Positions 37,421-46,801 of a stretch of 51,316 bases of DNA are shown piece by piece (position 1 is the first letter of the stretch; each line of letters begins with the position of its first letter). The DNA is taken from assembly GCA_964629675.1 (NCBI GenBank), contig CAZVUG010000011.1, positions 1 to 51,316 on the forward strand, written 5' to 3'. The DNA comes from an uncultured Candidatus Saccharibacteria bacterium (lineage in GTDB: Bacteria; Patescibacteriota; Minisyncoccia; Portnoybacterales; UBA2143). Below the pieces are notes generated by a model. That model made no database searches. It was not told the DNA's origin and saw only the letters and a list, made by a program, of their open reading frames with translations. The translations under genes and the position numbers were made by a program.

Positions 37421-37774
37421 ATGGTTAATTATAAAATATTAGTTAAAGATATCTTCCTGGATACTCTCTGGGAGGTTTTGTATTTTCCTCTTTGGTGGTA
37501 CAGCCAAGGATTAAAAAAAGCAGCTTCTTTCTGTTTGGGAAAAATTAGTCATGCCTGGCGGATGTTAGCTTTAGTTATTCTTCTGCGGAATTTTTTCAAG
37601 CCGATGTACGGAAGCCGCGGCTGGGACGCTTTTCTGCTAAGTATCGCTAGCCATACTTGGCAAATTTTTTGGCGATTAATATTATTTCTTGTTTGGTCTT
37701 TATTTTGGATAGCTGCTCTAATTATCTGGCTGATTTTGCCAGTTGCTTCAATTATGGGCATTTTTACTCTTTAA
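37421..37774 (+). CDS. Conserved hypothetical membrane protein preceding Clp ATPase
   Basis: YFPLWWYSQG...NFFKPMYG and hydrophobic C-terminus; ATG at 37421. Confidence 0.7.
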   Translation: MVNYKILVKDIFLDTLWEVLYFPLWWYSQGLKKAASFCLGKISHAWRMLALVILLRNFFKPMYGSRGWDAFLLSIASHTWQIFWRLILFLVWSLFWIAALIIWLILPVASIMGIFTL

Positions 37775-37796
37775 ATTTATTAATTTTATATAGAAA

Positions 37797-40328
37797 ATGA
37801 ATCTAACTTTTAATCCTGGACTTAATCTTTTAAGAATAACTCAAAGAAAATTAAGAAAATTCTTAGGTTTTATCTTTTTGCTTTTGCTAATTGCTTTCGG
37901 CTTTTTTGGAATATATATTTTAATTGCAGAATCTAAATTGAATATTTTTTCTCTTTCTTTGCTGACCGATATGTTTATTTTCTATTTAATTCAAAGAAAA
38001 GAAGAAAAGAAAAATATTATTAAACAAATTAATCCGGAGAAAGAAATAGAAATTTCCTTATTCCTTGATTCTTCTGCGCAGCAAGCCCTAGAAAAAAGCT
38101 GGGTTCTCTGCTGGCGAAAAAATTATCCTTCCTTAAGGCCAATTCATCTTTTCAATTCTTTTTTAGAAAATAAGGAATTCAAGAAAATCTTAAAGAGATT
38201 AAATTGCTTACCAAAAGAAGTTAAGCAGAAGACTAAGCATGTTTTTAAAAATCCTAATTTTCGCCAGCAGATAAGCAAGGGCGAGAAAAAATTTAATCCG
38301 AAGATTGCTTCAGATGTTAAAAGAATTTTTGACAATGCTTATCTCTTTGCTTTGGAAAATCAAAAAAAGCAAATAAGCGCCTTGGATATTCTCTGGGCTA
38401 TTTCTCAAGAAAGAAATTTAGTCAGCATAATTTTTGAAGAATTCGGAATTGAGCCTCGGGAAATTTCTCGGGTAATCCAATGGACTCAGCTGGAAAATAA
38501 GATTAAAGAAGAAAAGAAATCTTTTCTTTGGCGTTCACTGCTTAAGCCAAAAGGCAAATTAGACCGGGCAATGACTGCGGCAACTACTCCTTGGCTAGAT
38601 AAAGTTAGCCGGGATTTAACTCTTTTGGCAAGAGATAGCCAATTCGAAACAATCTTAGGAAGAGGCAAAGAAATCAAAGATATTTTTAATCTTTTTGCCA
38701 GCGGGCAGATTGGCGTTGTTCTTGTTGGAGCGGATAATATTGGCAAAAGATCAATACTGAAAAAATTAGCTCAACTAATGGCTGAAGAAAAAGTGCCTGG
38801 CTTTCTTCAAGATAAAAGGTTGGTCGAATTAGATGTCAGCAGCTTGGTTGCCTTAAGTAAGGCCAGAGAAAAAGGGGAGGAATATTTAAAAAGAATTATT
38901 TTTGAAGTAGCCCGGGCTGGCAATATCGTCTTGGTTATTTCTAATATAGACAGGTTGGTTGGCCTCAGAGCGATCGCCAGCGGATTGGACTTTTCAGAAA
39001 TTATGGCTTCCGGAATTCAGAGCAAATCTTTTTTCCTAATCGGCACTTGTCGTCCGGATGATTTTGCGGCAAAAGTTGAAAACCAGATCTTAGGCCAGGA
39101 TTTAAGTAGAATTAACGTGAATGATCCGCCGGAAGATTTGCTTTGGCAGATCTTAGCTGCTAAAATTTTTGCCATTGAAGAAAAGCTGCACATCCTTTTT
39201 TCGGAGAATGCTTTGGAAGAAGCAATTGATTTGGCCGAGAACTATATTTACGGAAAATCATTAACAGCCAAAGCAATTGATTTATTAATAGAAGCAGGCT
39301 ATTACGTTAGGCAAGAAAGAGGCCGAGGCGCTTTAGTTAAAGACAAAGATATTGCTGAATTAGTCTCTAAGAAATCTAATGTTCCTTTAGGGGAAGTTAG
39401 CGAAATTGAAAGGGAGAAATTATTAGAGCTGGAGAAGTTAATTCATCAGCGCTTAGTCAATCAAGAAGAAGCTGTCAGAGCAGTTGCTTCTTCTTTAAGG
39501 CGGGGCCGCCTAAGGACACAGAAGGGCGAAAGGCCTTTGGCTAATTTTCTTTTTGTCGGACCTACTGGAGTAGGCAAAACAGAATTGGCTAAATCATTAG
39601 CCAGAGTATATTTCGGCAGCGAAGAAAAAATGATTCGTTTAGACATGTCTGAATATCAAGATAAAAGCAGTCTTGCCAGAATGATTGGTTTCCGCGGAGG
39701 AAAAGAAATTAACAGAGGTTATTTAACAGAAGCAATTAAGCGGCGTCCTCATTCTCTTCTTCTCTTAGATGAAATAGAAAAAGCCCATCCAGATATTCTT
39801 AATCTTTTTTTACAGGTAATGGATGATGGGCGCTTAACTGACGCTTCCGGAGAGACGATTAATTTTACAAATATTATTTTAATTGCTACTTCAAATGCTG
39901 GAACTAATTTTATCCAAAGGGAAATCCGCCGAGGAGTTAACTACAATGATATCCAAAGGCAATTAAATGAAAAAGTTTTGTTAGAAAAATTCAGCCCGGA
40001 ATTTTTAAATCGATTTGATAAAATCGCCCTTTTTAAAAGTTTGTCCCTAGAAAATGTTGAGAAAATTGTATATATTTTCTTAAAAGAGCTAAGGGAAAAA
40101 TTAGAAGATAAGGGAGTTGAATTAGAGGTTGAAGAAGAAGCTATTGAAGAATTAGCTAAGCAGGGCTATGATCCAATGTACGGAGCTCGTTCTTTGCGCC
40201 GATTAATTCAAGATAAAGTAGAGGATCAAACAGCCAGCATGTTTTTAGAAAATAAGTTTAGGCGTCGCGATAAATTAATTTTAAAGAAAGGATTAGTCTT
40301 TGAGGTTGAAAAAGCACCAAAGATTTAA
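37797..40328 (+). CDS. ClpA/B/C-family AAA+ ATPase with N-terminal TM helices
   Basis: Clp-N-like repeats; degenerate NBD1; intact NBD2 (GPTGVGKTE, RLDMSEY, LLDEIEKAHP, PEFLNRFD, GARSLRR). Confidence 0.88.
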   Translation: MNLTFNPGLNLLRITQRKLRKFLGFIFLLLLIAFGFFGIYILIAESKLNIFSLSLLTDMFIFYLIQRKEEKKNIIKQINPEKEIEISLFLDSSAQQALEKSWVLCWRKNYPSLRPIHLFNSFLENKEFKKILKRLNCLPKEVKQKTKHVFKNPNFRQQISKGEKKFNPKIASDVKRIFDNAYLFALENQKKQISALDILWAISQERNLVSIIFEEFGIEPREISRVIQWTQLENKIKEEKKSFLWRSLLKPKGKLDRAMTAATTPWLDKVSRDLTLLARDSQFETILGRGKEIKDIFNLFASGQIGVVLVGADNIGKRSILKKLAQLMAEEKVPGFLQDKRLVELDVSSLVALSKAREKGEEYLKRIIFEVARAGNIVLVISNIDRLVGLRAIASGLDFSEIMASGIQSKSFFLIGTCRPDDFAAKVENQILGQDLSRINVNDPPEDLLWQILAAKIFAIEEKLHILFSENALEEAIDLAENYIYGKSLTAKAIDLLIEAGYYVRQERGRGALVKDKDIAELVSKKSNVPLGEVSEIEREKLLELEKLIHQRLVNQEEAVRAVASSLRRGRLRTQKGERPLANFLFVGPTGVGKTELAKSLARVYFGSEEKMIRLDMSEYQDKSSLARMIGFRGGKEINRGYLTEAIKRRPHSLLLLDEIEKAHPDILNLFLQVMDDGRLTDASGETINFTNIILIATSNAGTNFIQREIRRGVNYNDIQRQLNEKVLLEKFSPEFLNRFDKIALFKSLSLENVEKIVYIFLKELREKLEDKGVELEVEEEAIEELAKQGYDPMYGARSLRRLIQDKVEDQTASMFLENKFRRRDKLILKKGLVFEVEKAPKI

Positions 40329-40338
40329 TTTTAAATTT

Positions 40339-40977
40339 ATGAGAATAAAAATTAAAGATATCATTCTTAGTTTAATAATTGGAGAAGCGGCTGGCTGGCT
40401 TCTTTTAGTAGTTTTAAAAAATCTTGGCGAGGGGATTCCTCAAATTAAAATAATTCCTTTTTGGATTTGGCCGGTTTTCTTTCCGTTATTTTGCTTAACT
40501 TGGTTTCTCTTTGCGGCAATCTTAAGCCAAAAGATTAAATCTTTCTTCCAAATTGGCAAATTTGTCCTAGTCGGCGGCTTTAATTTTTTAGTTGATTTGG
40601 GCGTTTTGAACTTATTGATTTTTATCAGCGGCATAGCCAGCGGAATGCTTTTTTCAACTTTCAAGGCAATTGCTTTTACCATAGCTGTTATTAACAGCTA
40701 TTTCTGGAATAAACTTTGGACTTTTAAAAATCCAACAGATAATTTAGCAGAAAAAAATGCTGTAAAGAAGACGGGAAAAGAATTTATTCAATTTGTTGTT
40801 GTTAGTTTGATCGGCTTAGCCGTTAATAATTTAACAGCTTCCTTAATAGTTAATTGGCTTGGCCCGCAAGGAGGTATTAATCCGACAACTTGGGCTAATC
40901 TAGGAGCTTTAGTTGCTTCTTTCATTGGCATGTTCTGGAATTTTGTCGGATATAAGTTTATCGTCTTTAAAAAATAA
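40339..40977 (+). CDS. GtrA family membrane protein (lipid-linked sugar translocase-like)
   Basis: KFVLVG..NFLVD, NSYFWNKLWTF, WNFVGYKFIVF. Confidence 0.88.
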   Translation: MRIKIKDIILSLIIGEAAGWLLLVVLKNLGEGIPQIKIIPFWIWPVFFPLFCLTWFLFAAILSQKIKSFFQIGKFVLVGGFNFLVDLGVLNLLIFISGIASGMLFSTFKAIAFTIAVINSYFWNKLWTFKNPTDNLAEKNAVKKTGKEFIQFVVVSLIGLAVNNLTASLIVNWLGPQGGINPTTWANLGALVASFIGMFWNFVGYKFIVFKK

Positions 40978-40993
40978 TTTAGAAACCTTTAAT

Positions 40994-42091
40994 ATGTCTT
41001 TAGTTTTATATCGAAAATACCGGCCGCAGACTTTTGCTAAAGTAATTGGCCAAGAACATGTGGTACGGACTTTATCTAACGCAATTAAATTTGATCGGGT
41101 AGCCCACGCTTACTTATTCACTGGCCCGAGAGGAACGGGGAAAACAACAATTGCCCGTTTATTAGCTAAGGCTGTTAATTGCCAAAATAAAGAAAATTAT
41201 GAGCCTTGCAATAAATGTCCGTCTTGCCTGGAAATTAATGAAGGCCGATCTTTAGATTTAATTGAAATTGATGCTGCTTCTAACCGCGGTATTGATGAAA
41301 TCAGGGAATTAAGAGACGGCATTAAATTTAGTCCAAGCAGTTTGAAATACAAAGTTTTTATTATAGATGAAGTTCATCAATTGACTAAGGAAGCCTTTAA
41401 CGCTTTGTTGAAAACTTTAGAAGAGCCGCCAGCTCACGCTCTTTTTATTTTAGCAACAACCGAAATTAATAAAGTGCCGCAGACTATTATTTCACGAACG
41501 CAGCGATTTGATTTTTATAAAATCCCTTTGGAAAAATTAATTGAACGGTTTCATTGGATTGCTCAGCAAGAAAAGGTAAAAATAGATAAGCCAGCTTTAG
41601 AATTAATAGCTTTAAATGCTGATGGTTCAGTTAGAGATGGAGAAAGCTTGCTAGGTCAAATTGTAGCAATGGCTGGCGGAGATAAAGAAATTACTTTAGA
41701 AGAAGTGCAGGATATTTTAGGTATTACAGATATTAAATCAGTTCAGGATTTAGTTGATTATCTCAGCCAGAAAAAAATTAGCGAGGCTATTTCTCATATT
41801 AATCATTTAGCGAATAATGGATTTGATCTAATCCAATTCGCAAAATCATTAATCAGCTATCTGCGTAAAATGATGATTTTAAAGGTAGACGTTAATTTAG
41901 CTTCTTTAGTTGCTGCTGAATTGACTAATGAGCAAAAAGATACCATAATCAAACAAGGAGAAAATTTTTCAGAGGCTGACCTTGTTAAAATAATACATAT
42001 TTTTATTGAAGCACAGAATCAAATTAAATTTGCTGATTTTCAGCAATTGCCTTTAGAATTAGCTGTTGTAGAATATTGTCAGCCAAATTAA
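40994..42091 (+). CDS. dnaX: DNA polymerase III subunit gamma/tau (short form)
   Basis: LYRKYRPQTF, GPRGTGKTT, C..C..C Zn site, EIDAAS, IIDEVH, NALLKTLEEPP. ATG at 40994. Confidence 0.97.
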   Translation: MSLVLYRKYRPQTFAKVIGQEHVVRTLSNAIKFDRVAHAYLFTGPRGTGKTTIARLLAKAVNCQNKENYEPCNKCPSCLEINEGRSLDLIEIDAASNRGIDEIRELRDGIKFSPSSLKYKVFIIDEVHQLTKEAFNALLKTLEEPPAHALFILATTEINKVPQTIISRTQRFDFYKIPLEKLIERFHWIAQQEKVKIDKPALELIALNADGSVRDGESLLGQIVAMAGGDKEITLEEVQDILGITDIKSVQDLVDYLSQKKISEAISHINHLANNGFDLIQFAKSLISYLRKMMILKVDVNLASLVAAELTNEQKDTIIKQGENFSEADLVKIIHIFIEAQNQIKFADFQQLPLELAVVEYCQPN

Positions 42092-42095
42092 TAAT

Positions 42096-42167
42096 TGGGG
42101 AGTAGCCAAGCGGTAAGGCACATGGTTTTGGTCCATGGATGCGCAGGTCCGAATCCTGCCTCCCCAG
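42096..42167 (+). tRNA. tRNA-Gln (TTG)
   Basis: Acceptor TGGGGAG/CTCCCCA; D arm GCC-AAGCGGTAA-GGC; anticodon stem CATGG/CCATG with loop TT-TTG-GT; T stem GCAGG/CCTGC; CCA not encoded. Confidence 0.93.
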
Positions 42168-42197
42168 CCGTTTAGTGCTCGGTATCGAGGACCGAGA

Positions 42198-42392
42198 GGC
42201 TTGTGGGTCTTGAGCTACCGGGACAATCCTATATGTATTACAATAAGAAAAAATTATTAAACTAAATTATTATGAAAAATAGAGCTTTTTCTAAAATTCT
42301 ACTTTTGAGTTACTCCGACTAAGATGCTTCAGTGGAACATGTCGAAAAGGCCTGAATTACCCCTTAAAACGTCGGCTCAAGACCGAGGAGCC
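42198..42392 (+). ncRNA. Putative structured ncRNA, 6S RNA-like
   Basis: Perfect 10-bp long-range stem GGTCTTGAGC (42206-42215)/GCTCAAGACC (42375-42384) plus GGCT/AGCC; about 195 nt; 3' CCCTTAAAAC..GGCTCAAG resembles the 6S closing stem. Confidence 0.4.
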
Positions 42393-42404
42393 AGCTAATT
42401 ATTT

Positions 42405-42860
42405 ATGCTTCAATATTTAACATTAGAACAATTTAAAAAACTGAAAGAAAAATTAGATTATTTAAAAACAACAGAAACTCAAAAAATATCAGAGCTTATT
42501 AGGCGCGCTGCTTCGTTTGGCGACCTATCTGAAAACTCTGCTTATACTGACGCAAAAGAGAGGCAAGCGTTTTTACAGGGCAAAATTTCAGAATTAGAGG
42601 AAATAGTTAATAATGTTAAAATTATTGAGAAAAAACAAAACAATGAAGTTCAAGTTGGCTCAATAGTAACAATTATAGCAGATGGAGTAAAAAGTAAAAT
42701 CAATATTGTTGGTTCAAGCCAATCCAATCCTTTGAAGGGGAATATCTCAAACGAATCGCCTTTAGGTAAAGCCATTTTAGGTAAAGTTGTAGGGGATATC
42801 GTAAAAATTAAAACTGAAGAAGGAGGCGAATTTAGTTATAAAATAGACTCAATAAATTAA
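42405..42860 (+). CDS. greA: Transcription elongation factor GreA (copy 2)
   Basis: FGDLSENSAY..AKE.Q, VQVGS.V, ISNESPLGKA. Confidence 0.9.
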   Translation: MLQYLTLEQFKKLKEKLDYLKTTETQKISELIRRAASFGDLSENSAYTDAKERQAFLQGKISELEEIVNNVKIIEKKQNNEVQVGSIVTIIADGVKSKINIVGSSQSNPLKGNISNESPLGKAILGKVVGDIVKIKTEEGGEFSYKIDSIN

Positions 42861-42880
42861 ATTATTTTAGACTAAAAGAT

Positions 42881-43573
42881 ATGATTATAGAATTTTTGAA
42901 AAATATCAGGGTTAAGACTAGAAAATATTGGTTATTAATAAACGTGGTTCTCATTTTTTCTGTAGTTGTTTTGACGCTAATGAATATTAGTCAAATTTTT
43001 AGTCTTCTTCTTGTTTTTATCGTTTATACGGTAGGGTTTAATGCGATAATTAATAGAAAAGAGATCGTAAAACTTCTTTTCTATTTTTGGATCGTGTTAT
43101 CTTTGTTGATTTTTATATCTTCGCTAAGAGAGATGAAGATTTTTTCGTTTGAAGCAATGTCTAAGGCCTTGTATAATTTTGTAATAGTTGATACAGTTGT
43201 TGTCGTTTTTCTCGGAATAGCTATTCTGTTATTCGGTATTATTCCAGTTTTTCTATTGAACTTTTTAGACAAAAAGCGTAATCGTGTATTGTATGATATC
43301 AATCAAGCTGTGTTTTATATTTATAGACATTTAGACGAAGAGGTTCTCAAAAAGACAGCAAAAGAAGAAATTAAAAATTTAGTGAGACTTCTTTGTGAGA
43401 AATATGAACTCTCAAAAAATATTATTGTTGATGAAGAAATAGCTAAAGAATTTAATGATTTAACTAGCGAAGAAATACAAAAAATTTTAGATTTAGAAAA
43501 AGAATATATGAAAATAATGAGAATCAAAAATAGAAAATTAGAAAACAAAAAATTTATTGGAAACTTAAATTAA
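42881..43573 (+). CDS. Hypothetical membrane protein (about 4 TM plus charged C-terminal domain)
   Basis: Long ORF with hydrophobic segments and no recognised motif; very AT-rich. Confidence 0.7.
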   Translation: MIIEFLKNIRVKTRKYWLLINVVLIFSVVVLTLMNISQIFSLLLVFIVYTVGFNAIINRKEIVKLLFYFWIVLSLLIFISSLREMKIFSFEAMSKALYNFVIVDTVVVVFLGIAILLFGIIPVFLLNFLDKKRNRVLYDINQAVFYIYRHLDEEVLKKTAKEEIKNLVRLLCEKYELSKNIIVDEEIAKEFNDLTSEEIQKILDLEKEYMKIMRIKNRKLENKKFIGNLN

Positions 43574-43761
43574 TTTTATAAATGATACGAAAGGAAAGTT
43601 TGGTTTTTTTAAGGAGAACAACCTTTTCTCTTTATTGGCAAGATAATTTCTATATTAGTTTTTAAACTGAAAAGAATTAAAAATTAATAGGATTAAAAAA
43701 TAAAGAATCTATCCAGAAAATCGCCTTTTGGCGAATTTTTTGATACAATTAGAATTAAAAT

Positions 43762-46323
43762 ATGAACCAACAAAAAAATAACCTTAATAAATTTCCAAAT
43801 ATTTTTGATTATACAATCAAAGGAGAGAAGGATGGAGTGAAAGAATTCAAAACTAATTCCATAAAAGGCATTAGCGAAAAAGAAGCCAAGGTTCGGATTT
43901 TAGAATACGGTAAGAATATTTTAACAACACGGGAAATTAAATGGTGGCACATTTTATTACGGCAATTTAAATCAGCTTTTATTTATCTACTTTTTGCCGC
44001 AGTTATTATTACTCTTCTTTTGGGGCAATATGTTGAGTCGGGAATGATTTTTTTATTTTTACTAATTAATACTGGCTTAGGTTTCTATCAGGAATTTCGT
44101 TCCGAAAAGACAATTTTGCTCTTAAGGCGATATATTCTTTCCTATGCTAAAGTGGTGCGGGACGGACAGACGAAAAGAATAGCAAGTAATAACCTCGTCC
44201 CAGGAGATATTGTTGTTTTGGAGACCGGAGATATAGTTCCAGCCGATGTCCGTTTTCTTGAAATAGAAGGTTTGTTGGTTGACGAAACAGTATTAACCGG
44301 AGAATCAACACCAGTTTATAAAAAAGTAAATAGATTATCTAAAAAAGCGGAAGCTTACCATGAATCTCTTAATATTGGTTTTTCTGGAACATTAGTTGTT
44401 AAAGGTAGAGCTAAGGCTTTAGTTTTAGCAACTGGAAACAATGCCGCTATCGGCCGAATCGCTAAGCTATCTAGCGAAACAAGAAGCGCGAGTAATTTTG
44501 AAAAAGGAATTTCTCATTTCACCGCTTTTATTTTAAAATTGGCTGGCTTAACGCTAGCTCTTGTTTTTTTAGCTAACGTCTTAGTTAAAAGAGGAAATTT
44601 GGATTTTATTGAATTAGTAATTTTTTTAATTGCCTTAACGGTTAGTGTAATTCCCGAAGCTCTGCCAGTAGTGACTACTTTTTCGCTTTCTCAAGGAGCC
44701 AGACGTTTAGCGAAACTGAAGGTCGTAGTTAAAAGGCTTTCAGCGGTTGAGGATTTGGGTGGTATTGAAATTCTTTGTTCCGACAAAACAGGTACCTTAA
44801 CCGAAAATAAATTAGAAGTAGTTGATATTTACTCTAAGAATTCAAAAAAGACCTTATATTATGCCGCTTTATGTACAGCTTTTGAGCAAAGGAAGAAAAA
44901 AGAACCTTTTGATATTGCTATTTGGAAGAAGCTTAATAAAGACCAAATTCAAGAAATAAATCTCTGTCGTAAATTAAAAGAAATTCCTTTTAATCCAGAA
45001 ATGAAAAGAAATATTGTTTTAGCGACTGAAGGCAAAAAAGCAAATTTGGCTATGGTTACTCTTGGCGCTCCAGAAGAAATAATAAAACTTTGCCAGAACT
45101 TGAACGAGTTAGAAGAAACTAAAATAAATCAATGGATAAACCAAGAAGGCAAGAAGGGGAATCGTATTTTAGTGATAGCCGAAAAACATTTAAAGAAGCA
45201 AGAAAAAGAATCATTGAAGATTAGTGCGGAAAAAGAAAATAATTTTAATTTTTTAGGAATTATTTCTTTTGCTGATTCAATTAAAAAAACTACTGATGAT
45301 ATTGTTAGGCAGGCGAACAAACTTGGAGTTAAAATTAAAATAATCACTGGAGATAGCCGCGAAGTGGCAGGAAACGTGGCCTTTCAAATTGGTTTGATTG
45401 ATTTGCCGGAAAAAGTTATTACTGGCAAAGAATGGAATAATTTTAACGAAAAGCAGAAATTAAAAGCAATGGAAGAATATCAAGTTTTCGCTCGTTTTTC
45501 GCCAGAACAAAAATATTCTTTGGTTGAAAAGTTAAAATCAAAATATAGGGTTGGATTTTTAGGAGAAGGTATAAACGACGCTCCAGTTCTAAAACTATCT
45601 GATGTTTCTTTGGTAGTGGAAAGCGGAGCTGATATCGCTAAAGAAACAGCTGACATCGTGCTTTTAAAGAAAGACTTAAGGGCTATTTTGAATGGTATTG
45701 AAGAAGGAAGAAGAGTTTTTGCCAATACAATTAAATACATTAAAATTACCTTAATTTCAAATTTTGGCAATTTTTTTGCTATTGCTACGGCCTCTTTATT
45801 GATTGATTTTCTGCCTATGCTTCCTTTACAGATTTTGCTGGTTAATCTATTGTCTGATATTCCCATGATTGCTGTTTCAACTGATACTGTAAATAAAAAA
45901 GAACTCCAAACTCCTCAAAAGTATAATATTAAAGATATTGCTTTTTTTTGTATTATTTTAGGTGTTTTAAGCACTTTATTTGATTTTATTTTTTTCGGGC
46001 TCTTTTATCGCATATCACCGCAGGTTTTGCAAACCAATTGGTTTATTGGCAGCATTTTAACTGAATTGGTTTTAATCTTTTCTATTCGAACTAAAATGTT
46101 TTTTACTAAGACCAAGCGTCCATCGGGAATAGTTATATTGTTTTCTTTAATAGCGGCTTCAACAACAATTGTTTTACCTTTTACTCTTTTGGGACAGAAG
46201 ATCTTTAACTTCATTAGACCAGAAAATAGTCATTTCGTAATAGTTATTTCTCTTGTAATAACTTATTTCTTCTGCTCGGAGATTTTAAAGTTATTTTATT
46301 ATAAAAAGTTTAATAATAAATGA
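43762..46323 (+). CDS. P-type cation-transporting ATPase, MgtA-like
   Basis: PGDIV, LTGES, IPEALP, DKTGTLT, ITGD, GEGIND, NFGN, PMLPLQIL..NLLSD, QTNWF. Confidence 0.9.
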   Translation: MNQQKNNLNKFPNIFDYTIKGEKDGVKEFKTNSIKGISEKEAKVRILEYGKNILTTREIKWWHILLRQFKSAFIYLLFAAVIITLLLGQYVESGMIFLFLLINTGLGFYQEFRSEKTILLLRRYILSYAKVVRDGQTKRIASNNLVPGDIVVLETGDIVPADVRFLEIEGLLVDETVLTGESTPVYKKVNRLSKKAEAYHESLNIGFSGTLVVKGRAKALVLATGNNAAIGRIAKLSSETRSASNFEKGISHFTAFILKLAGLTLALVFLANVLVKRGNLDFIELVIFLIALTVSVIPEALPVVTTFSLSQGARRLAKLKVVVKRLSAVEDLGGIEILCSDKTGTLTENKLEVVDIYSKNSKKTLYYAALCTAFEQRKKKEPFDIAIWKKLNKDQIQEINLCRKLKEIPFNPEMKRNIVLATEGKKANLAMVTLGAPEEIIKLCQNLNELEETKINQWINQEGKKGNRILVIAEKHLKKQEKESLKISAEKENNFNFLGIISFADSIKKTTDDIVRQANKLGVKIKIITGDSREVAGNVAFQIGLIDLPEKVITGKEWNNFNEKQKLKAMEEYQVFARFSPEQKYSLVEKLKSKYRVGFLGEGINDAPVLKLSDVSLVVESGADIAKETADIVLLKKDLRAILNGIEEGRRVFANTIKYIKITLISNFGNFFAIATASLLIDFLPMLPLQILLVNLLSDIPMIAVSTDTVNKKELQTPQKYNIKDIAFFCIILGVLSTLFDFIFFGLFYRISPQVLQTNWFIGSILTELVLIFSIRTKMFFTKTKRPSGIVILFSLIAASTTIVLPFTLLGQKIFNFIRPENSHFVIVISLVITYFFCSEILKLFYYKKFNNK

Positions 46324-46426
46324 ACGCTTAATTATTTGAATTAATAGAAAAACAATAAAGTAAAATTTTCCTATTTTAATTTTAAACAAAGTCACGGATT
46401 AGCAATCTTAATTTAAATATTTAAAA

Positions 46427-46801
46427 ATGAACAACAAAGAGTTTGAAGAAGCCGTTAAAGAGGGGATAAATGCAATTCCGAAAAAGTTTTTAGAGAAACT
46501 TGATAATGTTGATATCTGTATCGAAGAAGAACCGGAACCAGATCAATTAAAAAAAGTAAAAAGAGGAGAAAATTCTCTAATTCTTGGATTATACGAAGGT
46601 ATTCCTCAAATAAATAGAGGAAGCTATGGACAGGTTTTGCCTGACAAAATAACTATTTTCAAAAGGTCAATTGAAAGAGTTGCTCAATCCAAAGACGAAA
46701 TTAAAAAAACCGTTCGAGATACGGTTTGGCATGAAATTGCGCATCATTTTGGGATGAATGAAGCTGAAGTCAGACGCGCGGAAAGAAAGAGAAGAGGTTA
46801 G
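46427..46801 (+). CDS. Zincin-like metallopeptidase family protein
   Basis: LGLYEGIP, LPDKITIF, VWHEIAHHFG (HExxH). Confidence 0.9.
   Translation: MNNKEFEEAVKEGINAIPKKFLEKLDNVDICIEEEPEPDQLKKVKRGENSLILGLYEGIPQINRGSYGQVLPDKITIFKRSIERVAQSKDEIKKTVRDTVWHEIAHHFGMNEAEVRRAERKRRG

Noticed and set aside
42096-46400. Integrative element or prophage at tRNA-Gln
   Set aside because: No integrase, phage genes or duplicated tRNA 3' end seen in the window.
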